Assembly: GCA_035221665.1 (NCBI GenBank)
Contig: CM069150.1
Span: forward strand, 37,138,001 to 37,202,000
Direction: 5' to 3'
DNA length: 64,000 nucleotides
Source of the DNA: Okamejei kenojei
Taxonomy: Eukaryota
Shown here: piece by piece, positions 50,149-63,944 of the stretch
Layout: each line of letters starts with the position of its first letter
Position numbering within the stretch: the stretch's first letter is position 1
Position numbers and translations under genes: made by a program
Notes under the pieces: generated by a model
Seen by the model: only the letters and a program-made list of their open reading frames with translations
What the model was told of the DNA's origin: nothing
The model's database searches: none

Positions 50149-50690
50149 TTATGAATCTGGGCTATTCTGACAGCACCTCCCACACTCGTGGCCTCCAACA
50201 TAAGAAATTAATAAAGGATTCACTTGCATGTGGACACAAATCATATACTAACTTGGAAATACATTGTCAGTTTTGCAATATTGCTGGATCTAAATCCTGG
50301 AGCCCTCGCCACAACAGCAACATGTGATTCCCTCTACAGAGAGCAGCTCGCCACTGCCTTGCAAAGGCAATAAATTCTCATCTTAATAGCGACATGAAAA
50401 ATGAATAAAAAGGATAGTAGCAAGTATATGTAGGAGGAACCTGCCTGCAGAGTGGCTAAAATGTGGACTCTTCAGCCACATGGAAAGTAATAACGTGGGT
50501 ACATTTAAGGTGAACATGCAAATTAAACGGAAAGAGTGCTGGGGATATGGAGACTCATGAGGAGCATAGATATCAGTACAGGCTGGTTCGAGAGAATAGC
50601 CTGCTTCTGTGCTTAAATTTTATGCTCATTCAAGAATTTTACCTTTCCTTTCAATCCTATTTTACACTCGGAGCTATTATTGACAGTGGA

Positions 50691-50860
50691 AGGTATACAA
50701 AAATGCTGGAGAAACTCAGCGGGTGAGGCAGCATCTATGGAGCGAAGGAATAGGTGGCGTTTCGGGTCGAGAACCTTCTTCAGTCTTGCCTCACCCGCTG
50801 AGTTTCTCCAGCATTTTTGTCTACCTTCGATTTTCCAGCATCTGCAGTTCTTTCTTAAAC
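50691..50860. mobile_element. Penelope-derived fold-back mini-element, 170 bp
   Basis: 15-bp TSD ATTATTGACAGTGGA (50676-50690 and 50861-50875); inverted arms; hammerhead motif on minus at ~50756-50783. Confidence 0.88.
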
Positions 50861-51111
50861 ATTATTGACAGTGGATATCTGGTTACCACATACTGTTGAC
50901 AGGAACTCTTGTTCCTTTAAGCATCCCTCACCATAGAATACCATTGTCATGGTGCAGGATTCTCAAAGGAAACCCCACAAAGAACTGCATGTGCTGGAAT
51001 CTTGATCTAAAGTGTGTTTTATTGTCAATTCAAGGCTGATACTATACATAAGCTGGCTTTCCTGCTGGCAACTATTGAGACTGCCTTAGGGCAGGCCTGA
51101 GTTTACAATAG

Positions 51112-51500
51112 TAGAAGCAAGGAACCGCAAATGCTGGTTTACATTAAAAAAAACACAAAATGCTGGAGTAACTCAGTGGGTCAGGCAATACCTCTGGAAA
51201 AAAAGAATGGGTGACGTTTTGGGTCAGGGGAGAGGGAGTCTAGAGATATGGAAGGTAAGGTGTGAAAACGACAAATCACAGCAGACGCTGCTCAAGGAAA
51301 TGTAGAATGGTTCGTTCTTGGCTGAGGGGAAGGTGACAACGAGGCGTACAATCAGTTAAATTAATCAGGAGGACAGTGAAACCAGTCAAACAACTAGGGT
51401 GGGGGAGGAACGGAGGGGGAGGGGGAGTGGGAAAGCAAGCGTTGCTTGAAGTTAGAGAAATCAATATTCATACTGCTGGGTTGTAATGTGCGTTTGGTCT
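51112..51500 (-). mobile_element. Penelope 3' fragment directly upstream of DPM1
   Basis: Shared tail AAGGAACCGCAAATGCTGG..GCTGGAGTAACTCAG and reverse ORF end GAGAAATCAATATTCATACTGCTGGGTTGTAA. Confidence 0.75.
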
Positions 51501-51579
51501 CACCCTGACAGGTTGGTGAAATTGTGTGTTGGGAGCCTTCTTGAGTTGACAAGGTTGGGTTTGTAGAAACTCAGACATT

Positions 51580-52120
<541 letters not shown>

Positions 52121-53252
52121 CTCACAACTTCTGCTGGCAGAGGGAGGAGACCATCACCGCTCCCTCTGAAGAAGGGTCTCCACCCGAACCTCCACCCATT
52201 CATTTTTTCTCCAGAGATGCTGAGTTATTCCAGCATTTTGTGTTTATCTTTGGTGTAAACCAGCACCTGCAGTTCCTTCCTACACATCACTGCTCCCTCA
52301 CTGACTGGACACAAGCAACTGCACACCCTGAAATCTTGAGCATAAAGCACAAAGTGCTGGAGAAACTCAGCGGGCCAGTATCTAAGTCTCAAGAAGGGTC
52401 CCGACTCGAGACGTCCCCTATCCATATTCTCCAGATATGCTGCCTGACCGGTAGAGTTATCCCAGCACCTTGTGTTTTTTTGCTCACTCAAAAAAAACTG
52501 TTACCCTTCAAACACCACAACAACTGATGCCAAAATGGGGAGGGGACCGAAAGACTGTTACAATCCTTTGATCAAGACCTTTCCCAGCAGGTCCCACATT
52601 GTTATTCAACAAATTAATAACTTCCCCTTTAAGTTGTTGACTGCCAAACATTGCACTTCTTGTGGGATCTTGCAATTGTCAAGTCAGGGAAGTAAATAGC
52701 CAAGGATGGAAATAATGGTTGCAGGGATGATCAACGCCGGTATCACTGATTTTTAGTAATGACTCGAACTGTTTGATTTTTAGAATCTTACAGGATAAAT
52801 GTCTACTTTATGTAGACAGCGAACATTTATTGTCAATGCCAAATGGGCTGTTTGAGGAGGCGATTAAGAGTCAACCATGTTGAAAAGTCTGAAGTTGCAT
52901 GTTGATAGATCTGATAAAAATCTGTTCCAAATATCAGTCTAAACTTTCCAATCTGGATCGAACAATTTACTTTCTCCTGCAATTGGAACAGAGCTCTTCC
53001 TTTAAGGACATTCCTTAAAACCTGTCACTTTAACCACGATTTTGTGCACAAATCTTAAAATCTACATTCAGCTTTAATGATCTTCCCGTTAAAGGTGCAT
53101 AAAAGTTGTTAATAATCAACTTTCTATTCCACTCCATACCTTAACAACCTGTGTAATATTATCATGAGATAGGTGGATGCCATTTACCCCTCAGACTAGG
53201 AAGCAGTGTTGACCAAGCTATTCTCATGATCAGCATAATGAAGGTTCACTTA

Positions 53253-53832
53253 AGGGCCTGTCCCACTTGGCTATCTTATGCGCGCCATTTACACGACCTA
53301 GTGTGTGGACGCATGTAGTGGTGTGGAAGAGTGTGGAGCGGCGTGGAGGAGTATGGACTTCGTCCTGCATGAAATCTTCACGCGCCACTGGCCTGTCGCA
53401 TAACTGACGGCCAAAGTGAGACAGGCCCAAGACCCTGGCGGGGCGCGACGTCTCATCTCCAACAGCAGCAGAAGCAGGCAAACGATCGCTGAGCTCGGCC
53501 TGGGGCTCACGGCCATTGCGGATCTGGATCCGCCCCCACTTCTACTCCCAGAGCGGGGCCAGACGTTTGGAGATGGACACAAAATGCTGGAGTAACTCAG
53601 CGGGACCGGCAGCATCTCTGGAGAGAAGCAGTGGGTGACCTGAAACATCACCCATTCCTACTCTTCAGAGATGCTGCCGGTCCCGCTGAGTTAGTCCAGC
53701 ATTTTGTGTCCATCATCAAATGACGTCACGCGCTCCAGACGGCTGTGCGGACGCATGATGACTCGCCATGACCGTCGTGCGCCAGTTACTACCGGCCTGT
53801 CGCGTAAATGACGGCCAAGTGGGACAGGCCCT
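53253..53832. mobile_element. PIF/Harbinger-type MITE containing a Penelope-derived hairpin (~53570-53712)
   Basis: TIR AGGGCCTGTCCCACTTGGC / GCCAAGTGGGACAGGCCCT with TTA and TAA flanks; extra internal copy of the right end at ~53390-53428. Confidence 0.82.
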
Positions 53833-54819
53833 TAAGTCACTCCCAGACCACAGATTGGAACCTTGAGCAAATAAACACCAAGTGCTGGAGTAACACAATG
53901 AACACTGAACATAGAACAGTACAGCACAAGAGCAGGCCCTTTGTCCTACAATGTAAGTACCGAACATTATCTCCTGTCTTTCTGCATATAATCTATATAC
54001 CTCCATTTCCTGCATATCCATATATCTATCGATCCAAAAGCCTTTTAAATGCCAATATCATACCTGCCTCAACCATCAGCTGTGACAGTGTGTTCCAGGC
54101 ACTCATCACCCTCTGTTTAAAAAAAACATAACCCCTGCACATCTCCTTTAAACTTTGCCCATTTCACCTTAAACTATGTCCTCTAGTATTTGATTTTTCC
54201 ATCATTGTCCTAGGCATCAACTTGCTTCTACTCCATGTCCTTGCTTCTACTCCAGTTTTTTGGGTTATGAGATGGTAAATGGGACCAATGAGCTAAGTAC
54301 AGACATTTTCAAGGACAGGGCAAGAGGTGGATAATGAGCAGGGCAGGTGGGTTGTCCTTTGACTATGAGGTAGTGTGTTTTTTACCAAAGCATATATAAA
54401 ACTTTGTGTTCCGAATGCATGGCCTCAACATTCTCAATACCACCCCGAATGCTCCTTTTTTTATTTTAAGTGATCATGGACCTGGGGTTCCAAGGAGTCC
54501 GTGGGAATGGTGAACTTCGTCAAGCACGCTTGGTGCACATCCACAAATATTTCTCTTTGTCCATGAGTAATCTAGTACGACAGAGTTGAGAATAACCTGG
54601 GTCTATTTTAGGAGTCTGCACAACGTAGTATATTGTATTTTCCAGCTTCCGTTGTATCAGTTTTTTAGATAGATCCCCAAAATTCTTTAACAGGAATATT
54701 AATGAAAATTTGAGAATTTTAAACATCATTGAAACTATATGTGCACATGACATAGAAACATAGAAAATAGGTGTAGGAGGAGGCCATTTGGCCCTTCGAG
54801 CCAGCACCGCATGTGTTGT

Positions 54820-55730
54820 GATTTCAAAATATATTCTCCCTGTTCTTTGATCCTTGCCTTTCACCCCTACAGCCTCTGCATCAAACCCATCATTATTTGA
54901 ATTTTCTGCCATCTTCAATGTGATCCGACCACGTCACAGCTTCCCATCTCCACCCCTTTCTGATTTCCACATAGACCACCCCCTCTGCAACTCCCTGCTC
55001 TATTCATCCCTTTCCACCCAAACTGCCTCTCTCCTCCTCAGGTACATTCCCATGCAATTGCAGGAGATGTAACACCTGTCATCTTTGTCCCCCTGATGTA
55101 ACCTCCATCAATCGGTGAGATGAAGTGTAGACTAGGCGCCTGTTTCGCCTCATGCTCTGTCTACAAAGGCCAGTTGCTAACCATTTTAACTCCATTTCCC
55201 CTTCCCATACCGACCTTTTTGTTCTGGGCCTCCTCCATTGTCAGAATGGCAGCACACTCAAACTGAAGAAACAGCCCTTCATATTCTGCTTGGGCGATTT
55301 ACAACCCAATTGTGTTGCATTCTCCAATTTTATGTAAACCCACTCTTCTCCTCTCTCTTTCTTATGTACCCCCCGTCCCCACCCTCACACCCCATTTCTC
55401 CCACTAGCTTGCCCCTCTTCCTCTCACCCATGTCCCATCCCGCCCACCTCTATCCCTCCGTCTGGCTTTACATTTCACTTCTCTTCTCTCCTTAACTGTC
55501 ACCCTTTTGTCTTATTTCTAGCTATTGTCCACCTATCTTCCGATCACACCTCTCTCTCAAGTGTCCACCTATCTCTTGCTTGGCTTTATCCTACCCCCAC
55601 CTCTTTTCCAGGTTTCCTCTCTCTATTTTAATCAGTCTGCAGAACCAAAATGTCACCCATGCATTTCCTCCATAGATGTTGCTGACTTGCTGAGTTACTC
55701 CAGCAATTTATGTTTTGTTCAAGATTCCAC
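54820..55730 (+). mobile_element. Decayed Penelope fragment
   Basis: FPSPPLSDFHIDHPLCNSLL and VANHFNS..LGLLHCQ..FIFCLGDLQP, followed by the tail. Confidence 0.75.
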
Positions 55731-56029
55731 GTGTCCATGTTCCTTGTGTTTCCCTTTTTTCTTTATATCTTTATATAATGGTTTTTCCAAATATGTTTTG
55801 ACTAAATGCAGTATTTTAAGCTGGGAATAAAATATATTTCTTATCCCCATTAATTTGTAGCAACAGAGCATAGGGAAATTTTCTTCAGTATTAGAAATAT
55901 TCCAAAGATTCCGTTTTAATTAGTTAATTATTACCTTGCCTCTGAAATAGAAAGTTATGAGCTTCTGTCCTAGTTTATGAGTTGAGAATTTCATGTAGAC
56001 GGTATGGTATTGATGAAGGTATACATTGT

Positions 56030-56385
56030 TTAAGAGAAGCTTTCTAAATGAAATATTAAACCGAGGCTTAATCTACTGATGTAGAAACAAAGAACTGCTG
56101 ATGCAGGTAATATACAAAATGACACAAAGTGCTGGAGTAATGCAGCCGGTCAGGCAGCATCTCTGGAGAATGTGGATAGGTGACGTAAGGGTCGAACACT
56201 CTTCTTCAGACTACTACTTATCTACTTATTCTATTGGTTCATGAGGAATGTTAAAGATCTGATGGCACTATTTCAAAAGCATCATGGAATTCATTCATTG
56301 CCCTGAGCAATACATTTCCCTCTTGAATATCACCAAGAACAGATTAACTGATTCAATTTCTTATTGCTATTTGTGGGATTTTAAT
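56030..56385 (+). mobile_element. Ancient Deu-domain SINE remnant (SacSINE1/AmnSINE1-like), split by a Penelope tail at ~56080-56212
   Basis: ATGAAATATTAAACCGAGG, AAAGATCTGATGGCACTATTTC and AACAGATTA..ATTGCTATTTGTGGGA resemble the Deu domain as I recall it. Confidence 0.5.
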
Positions 56386-57439
56386 GTACAACAGTAATTC
56401 CATAAGTCAGAATATAAGTGTCCTCCTGGAATTATTGACACATTTCGAGGTACCCTTGCTGTAATGTGTGAAAGATATTAACATGGAAGACAATTATAAT
56501 AATTTCAGTACGATTTGTTCATAAAGTACAACTCATAGTTATGAATATAGAAAAAAAAAGACATTTTACTGCACTAAGTATGAGATGTGCTTAATTCAAG
56601 AACTGCCCAGTCTCTGTGATAGAGAAATAAAATGATTTTGGAGATAGCTTAAGATTCCCAGATCCTTGTTTCCATATTTCCCCACACTAATAAACATATT
56701 TCTCAAAGGAATTCAATATATCATGTATTTGATACCATCAAAAACATCATTAAGGAAATTGTATTTTAAATTATTTTTAAGGATTCAGTAGACACTGCAT
56801 TGGAGCTGTAACTTTGTATGATTGTGTAAAACCTCTTCTTTAATATAAGATATTCAAATTATTTTTCCAAAAGTGTTAACAGTGAGATTGCTTACATCTG
56901 GATTTTATTTCCCCCCTGCCTCCCCTTATTAAAAAATTGTCACTTTCTCAGGTGTCGAATGTCAATAATGTGTTGTGAACATGCAAATCCCATTTCAGAG
57001 ATGCAACTGGGTTTGATTTAATTTTTTATAAATTCCAATGGTTCATCTTTATGATTGAAATTGCATTTGCACTGAGTTACATCAGTCACTTCTTCCCAGA
57101 ATGTAGAATGAAAACAAATCTATGAAATAAGTTATTAAATATTACTTGTATTATTTGGTTTCCTATGGAATTGTTTGTCGTAAATTGGAGAATACACTAT
57201 TTTACATCATCATTACTTATAATGTGTTTTGTATTATTTTAACTGTGTGGAAATGATCTAATCCCTTTAAAACCACATAAACTGACAGGAATACATAGAC
57301 ACAATCTGAGATTAATTACATGCCAATTGTTGTTGGTTTGGCTTTTGGTTCAGTGGAACTTGCAATGAGTGTGTTTCTAAAGATCCTAAGTAGATTTATT
57401 TTTACAACATTACTTAATTCAATGTTTTTCCACAGCTTA

Positions 57440-57740
57440 ATATAGAGATACAGCGTGACAACAGGCCCTTCCATTGCTGAGTCCATGCCGACCAACAATC
57501 ACTCTGTACACATTTATACTACTACCCCGTATGTACTATTCAACACACTAGGAACAATTTACAGAAGCCAATTAACTTACAACCCACACGGCTTTGGGAT
57601 GTGGGCGGAACCCTGAGCAGCTGGAAAAAACCCATGCGGTCACAGGGAGAACGTGCCAAACTCTGTATGGACAGCACCCGTTGTCATGATCGAATCTGGT
57701 CACTGGCGCTGCAAGACAACAACTCTGCCACTGTGCCGCC
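57440..57740 (-). mobile_element. HE1-type V-SINE
   Basis: Reverse V-domain and head CTCTGCCACTGTGCCGCC. Confidence 0.8.
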
Positions 57741-58089
57741 TCATCCTTCCCCCAGCACACAAACCCATGCTGCTGATTTATTAATCCTGACACCTATTAC
57801 TTAAGAAGTATACAAAATTCATTTCCATGACTGCGAACGTGATCCAGACATTTTTACTTTTGCTTTCTTCAGTCAAAGATAGACTACTTTGCTTTGCAAC
57901 AACAGCTTGCAAAAAAACAATAGCTATGCTAAATACTGCAGCTATGAAACCCACATATATGTATAATTAAATGAACAGATGATGCTGATCATAACATTAC
58001 AATTTCATCATTCTGTACAATAAAGGGACTGTTAAAATCATGTGCTTGGAGGTGTTAGTGCTGTGGAATAGCAGTAGAGTTACTGAGTA

Positions 58090-58660
58090 TTAGTCAGAGT
58101 TGTACAATATAATGTCTCGATGCCAAACCTCTTGCCAATTTACATAAATCCCACTCACCTGCATTATGATTGTTTCAGATATTAACCCCTCTTTGTGTAA
58201 AAATAAATGTATCTGTCGAATCCCCTTTAAAATTCCCATTTCTCTCCTTAAGCCATCCCGTTTCAAACTCCTATCTGTATCCTTAGGCTCATGTCCTCTT
58301 CTTTTTTATACCATTCCATAACTATTACCCTATTAATGTCCTCATTATCTTGTATACCTCCATGAAGTCAACCCTCAACTAACTTTGCTTCTGGGAAATC
58401 AACCGCATCTAATCCATCTCACGTCAAAACCAAGTCTTGTAATGAAAGCAACATCCTGGTAAATCTCCTCTGCTATCTCTACAGTACAATCACATCCTTC
58501 CCATAGTGTGGCAACCAGAACTTCGCACAGTACTCCAAGTGCAGCATAATCAGGATTTAGTAACATTGAAATATAACATGATAAATTTTACATTCTATGA
58601 CTCGACCTCTGAAGGCAACATGTCATATGCTGCCTTCATCATCCTTATAAATCCGTACTT
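58090..58660 (-). mobile_element. Old CR1 3' fragment
   Basis: CCAGAACTTCGCACAGTACTCCAAGTG is the reverse of HLEYCAKFW; CAACATCCTGGTAAATCTCCTCTG. Confidence 0.65.
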
Positions 58661-61600
58661 TTGAATCATCTGTTGTCCTCGTATGTAGCCCACAACCCCT
58701 CATGTGGTTTAAAACAACTTGTGTAATGTGTGTAGATTGCTAGAAAGGTTTTAAGCATGGAACAGTTTCATTTCTGTAAACACTGTGATACTATGCATAT
58801 AAAATAGAACAAAGTGTTACGCAAAGCTAGTGGAACTGTTGCCTTATAGCTTCGCCGAGCTGAGTTCAATCATGACCACCGGTGCTGTCTGCCTGGAGTT
58901 TGCACGTTCTCCCTGTGAACATGTGGATTTCATCTGGATTCTCTGGATTCCTCCCATTTCCCAAAAAACTTAGTTTGCTTGAGGGAATATGAGGAGAATA
59001 AAATGGTTACTTGGGGGAAAAAAAACACTTGGCGGCATCTGCATTAAAATCAAAATTGGTACAGTCTATCACCAACTAGTTTAAGTCAACTAGTCCATTC
59101 TCTACTTTGTTTTTTCGTTTCTTCATTTTCCGGCACATATACTTTCTGCTCAGTTCTGCCTGACTTTTACTTTACTGGCCTTTTTGACCACTATCACACC
59201 AGTGAAATGCACACCCGATAAACAAATTAGATTAGTTATTTTGAAAGCCACATGTGGCATTCTTAAAACAGAATGAATGAGAATGTAAATTACACATGGT
59301 TGACATTTATTGCTGGCATGGAGTTTTATTAATGGTGCGGGAGGGGGGTGGGTGGGTAATTTCAAAAAAAGGTAATCATCGAGATAGATCTTTGAGAGTG
59401 TCGATCCAATTTTTATCAATTTAAACATTTGTGTGTTCTGCATTTGAAATAGGACTTTAATAATTGACTTTCCATTTTTGGACGGTGGAAAATTTTCCAT
59501 AGCTACAAACTGGCTTTGTTTTGATGACAACTTCCTAGTAATTAGGTTGATTAATGCCCTTGACTAATGTAGCCAAAGAAGTAGTTTAGACATCATGTTT
59601 CTCTGGGAACATTGTTGCAGATAGATAAGGTGTTGACAAAAATATTTTGATTTATCATATTTTGCTGGGGGTATGACGAGAAATCTAAAATACCGTTGTG
59701 ACAATTTTCATACCGATTTGCTATCTTTAACTAAGGCAAAGCATTTCCTGCATAGATGGAACACAACTATGCTGGTGGACAACAGCCAACAATATATTGC
59801 TGTATAATAAAAGTGCCAGGCATTGGTTGTTGTGTTGCTATGGCCCCAACATAGCAACCACTTACAGTATACACATCTCCAGATGTGGTAAAGCCGAATA
59901 AAATTAGCTCTAAATCTGTTTAAACAAAAATAAAAGCTCAAATGGCATACATACAGGGTAAAACCATGAATCAATTTCATCAGATATAAGATTCAGTTTT
60001 TCTTCTAAAAATAAATTCCCCTCTTTGGTTGTGAACTGTATTCAAATCTGGATAGAATTTATTAAACTTTTTTAAATCACATCTAATAATCCTTCGAAGT
60101 TGGATTTTAAAACAAAAGTAAGTGCTTCTAAAAATAGTAGTTAAAATATTATTGAAGCCAACTTAATGAAATTGATTGATTTAAAGTTCTGCATAATGGA
60201 ATGATATTCCTTTATGGGCATCTATTACCTGGAACCAGTGTTCTCTCCTCTGATAGAACAGAACTTGTACAGAGAGCAAAACTCCCACATAATCTTACAC
60301 CTTCAGGAGACCATTCAACTTTTTAAAAACTCATTGAGGGTGTGAGGTGATTGCTTGTGGGATGTTTATTGACTATTCCTGTACGGTATTTGAAACCAGT
60401 GAGAACCTCCGAATGAGGTCTATTGCAGACTGTGCAGATGGTTAAATGTGAAACACTAGGAGGTCAAAGCTTTTAGTTAATTCACAGTTTCTGTCCACAC
60501 TGGCCCACCACACCTTAGCACACGTGCCATTTGTCAAATAATATGATATATATATACCAAATGGTATGATATTATAATACACGCAACCTGTTTTTTTAAA
60601 AAAAACATAAACTGATCCAACATAAAATTAACCAAATTGGATTTTTTATATATCTGTGATATGAACAGCGGTATTGATTCTATTTATTTTGAATTTACAG
60701 ATTTAACAAATATTGCAGACTATGACCAGTTGTGGATTTAGTAAAGTTGGCGCATCTATACATTTATTAGAAATTTACATGTTGGCTCTTCTTGAACAAT
60801 TACAGGATCCACGTTAGGAACATCATTGATCTCATGCATAGTTTACATTTATCATCTTTGCTATTCTGCTGGGCATCGTGCTTTAGAATCAAGGAGTCCA
60901 TATGAACTGTTCTGAATCTCTCTCTGCGATTTTTATGAGATTATTCTTAGAACCATTTACCTCCACTATTTCCCCAATAAGCCATCTTCTCATCTCTAGC
61001 CCAATGGAAAGTATCGGCACCAGAACTCTTTTGTGCAAACTGAACAGCTACTCCTTGCAGTTATCCATTGATGCTTATTCTGTTTCAACTTTCTTATTCC
61101 AGTTGGGCTGAATGAGATTTGACCGGGCTCCGAGTTCATGCATCAGTTTTTCCAGTGCAGTGAATGCTGTTATGGATTGTGTTGTTGATCTCTAGCTTAG
61201 AAAAAATTCCTTCCATGACCTGTTTCTGCAATGTCTCATTTTAACATGTAAACTGACCATTTTGCTTCCTCACTGAACATGGATGGTAAGAAGAATTGAA
61301 GCAATGTTTTATTCCTCGCTGTTCATATGATGCAAGTTCTGACAAAGATAGCTCTGACCTTCTCTATCATTCATTCTGTGATGAGTCATTATTCCACAAT
61401 GTTAATTTCCCTTGCATTGAATAACTGGTGATTAATACAAAAAGCCACCCAACTATTTTCAGGTTTTTGTGTAGGTTAGAATGATCTAGGAGCCAATTTA
61501 TACAGCTGGACTTGTGCTTTATGAAATTATGTTGTTCAATAACAATGACCAGGTCCTAAATCTTTTGCCACTACATATTTATATGTATTTTAATATGCCA

Positions 61601-61761
61601 AATCTGCATGGAATTCTTCCATAACCTTTATTTTTGGTTGCTTTAATATTATTACCCTTTGTCTCCATTTTGTTCCCATGGTGGGTGGACAGTTCACAGT
61701 CTTCATCTTCATTCCAACATGTTATAGAGCCGTACAACATGGAAATAGATCCTATGCTCCT

Positions 61762-61966
61762 CGAATAACTCAGCGGGTCAGGCAGCATCTCTGGAGAGAA
61801 GGAATGGGTGGTGTTTCGGGTCGAGAGCCTTCTCCAGACTGAAGGGTCTCGACCCGAAACGTCACCCATTCCTTCTCTCCAGAGATGCTGCCTGACCCGC
61901 TGAGTTACTCCAGCATTTTGTGTCTACCTTCGATTTAAACCAGCAACTGCAGTGCTTTCCTACACA
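61762..61966. mobile_element. Penelope-derived near-perfect hairpin element inside an old V-SINE
   Basis: ~75-bp arms TAACTCAGCGGGTCAGGCAGCATCTCTGGAGAGAAGGAATGGGTG and reverse complement; TSD CTATG(C/T)TCCT (61752-61761 and 61967-61976). Confidence 0.88.
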
Positions 61967-62579
61967 CTATGTTCCTAGAGTATGTGCCCACTATCAAACA
62001 TCCAGTTCCACTAATGTTCTATAATACTCACATTCCCTTCAATGCCCACCAGATTCTACCTCCGTCATCATATTCACCAACATACTACGGGCGATTTACA
62101 ATGACCAATTAACCCACCAATCCATAAATCTTTGAAATGTGGGTGGAAACAAAGCACCTGGAGGAAACCCACATGATCACGAGGAAAACATGTAAACTCC
62201 AGACAGACAGCACTGGAGGTCAGGATTGAACTCAAGTTGTTGGAGTGATGAGTGAACAGTTCTATGTTGTGGCACTAGACCACCTTTATGTGTGAAAATG
62301 TTATCCATGTAATATATGTGCTCATATATACTTGGTTTAAATTAGGTTGATTTTGCTAAGTAATTTATTTCCATTGCTATGACATTCTATCAACGAAAGT
62401 GTAAATTTATGCATTAGATTGTCTTGGCAAACTGTCTTGCCAAACTGTTTTATTTGGATGTTCTGTGTTCAAGGTCAAAGTCGTATATTGAAACAGGAGG
62501 ATGGAATGTACATTCATTGTGGGAATAGCAGTATTCAGTCCCAGAATGATCAACAAATGTTAATAGTCTGTAAGTAGTA

Positions 62580-62690
62580 CAGTGCCCTCCATAATGTTTG
62601 GGATAAAGACCTATCATTTATTTTCTTGTGGAGTACAGAGGCAAGTAAATAAATGATTGGTCTTTGTATCAAACATTATGGAAGGCATTG
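62580..62690. mobile_element. Tc1/mariner-type MITE, 111 bp
   Basis: TA|CAGTGCCCTCCATAATGTTTG ... CAAACATTATGGAAGGCATTG|TA. Confidence 0.8.
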
Positions 62691-63944
62691 TATGTATGCT
62701 CTTCATAATAAGAAATTGTCCAGTCTTGTAACTCAGAATATAATTACCGACATCTTTTGTGAGTCTAGATTTTTCCATTTTTGGTCAGCATTGTGATGTG
62801 TTAACAATCGGTTTCTCATGAACGCTGTCAATTAACCTCCACAGCTGGAATCACTGCAAGCAAGTTTTAGTGCAGAGTTAATGTTGTAATCTCCCAAAAA
62901 AGGATTCACTGCTAAGGCTTTTCTTTTCCCTGAGCTTTCATTCATGAGGTACTGGCCTGGATGGATTTGGCATTTGGCTTAACACTCGTGGAGCTCAGTG
63001 CCCTTTAATACCTGTGTATTCATTAAGCAGATCTTCACGTGTTCTAGAAACTACTTTAAGCATTGTTATGAAGCATTCACACTAAATATGTTTTGCCATT
63101 CCATCCTCAATTCTCTCAGCCAATCTTTTAGCATGGTTGGTCTGTTTACATGATCGGCCACTATGATTGGGATTGTATACTCCCAACAGCTCTTGAATTT
63201 CAGTGCAGATATGATCTTTTTTTTACACTTTCCTCTGACCCCATCTCTTTGGCCAGTTCTACCTCCTTGTTCAGCTTTCACTGTCCTCACAAATCTTCCC
63301 CTCCCTGACCCCGAGTGACTGTTCCTCAGCAAGAGGCCTCTGGTTTGTCTTCCTCCACGCCCATCTAAGTGAATTCTGAGTATGACACGACATTGAACTT
63401 TTCTTTGACTGTCCCCACCTTTGTGCGCATTCTTTTGGTCAGGAGTCTTCACTTCAAATTGTAAATCTTTCCCTTGCCAGGATTTCCGTTGCCTCTGGCC
63501 TCTTGTCTTATCTCGAAACAGTCATTGCAGACCTCTGATGCAATAATGACCATCCTTATTTTTTCTATACCCTTTACTTGCTCTAACATTTTGTCTTCTG
63601 AACGCAACAGTCTATTTATGAAGACTAAATCAATATCATCATCAAACTCATAGAGAAGGGTAGCGCTTGTTGTGGTGTGGTGAGCTGACTCCTATGTTGC
63701 AGACACCAAATGTCAACCCACCCAAACTTACTTTCTCACACCTCCTTCTGCACTATGACCCTATTACTAATGGTCTGGCTATTGTCTACCAGCTGGTTTC
63801 ATGTTTAATTTCCTCAAGAGATCTTCCATCCAAAGCTTTCAGTGTTGCAATCTCCCAGTGCTGCACAGCTGCTCATATCTCCTGCCCTAAATTCAGAAGC
63901 AGAACTGTTACAGCATTGTTTCAGGCTGCACCAACCACACATAG

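Larger units (their letters stand above)
60800..63300 (-). mobile_element. Highly decayed Gypsy internal region with younger insertions
   Basis: IPIIVADH..PTMLKDWLRELRMEWQNIF resembles the Gypsy protease end; RPVP nearby; integrase-like text near 60900-61250. Confidence 0.45.

Noticed and set aside
49616-50327. ORFs on both strands sharing APVPLRRPKQQPLVTLPATQ
   Set aside because: Translation of the two TIRs of one MITE.
59150-59980. Minus-strand ORFs as an endogenous viral fragment
   Set aside because: No viral motif recognised in the frames I read; tblastx would be needed.
61515-61560. TATGAAATTATG as DPM1 exon 2
   Set aside because: Lacks the DDGSPDGT motif and a good acceptor.
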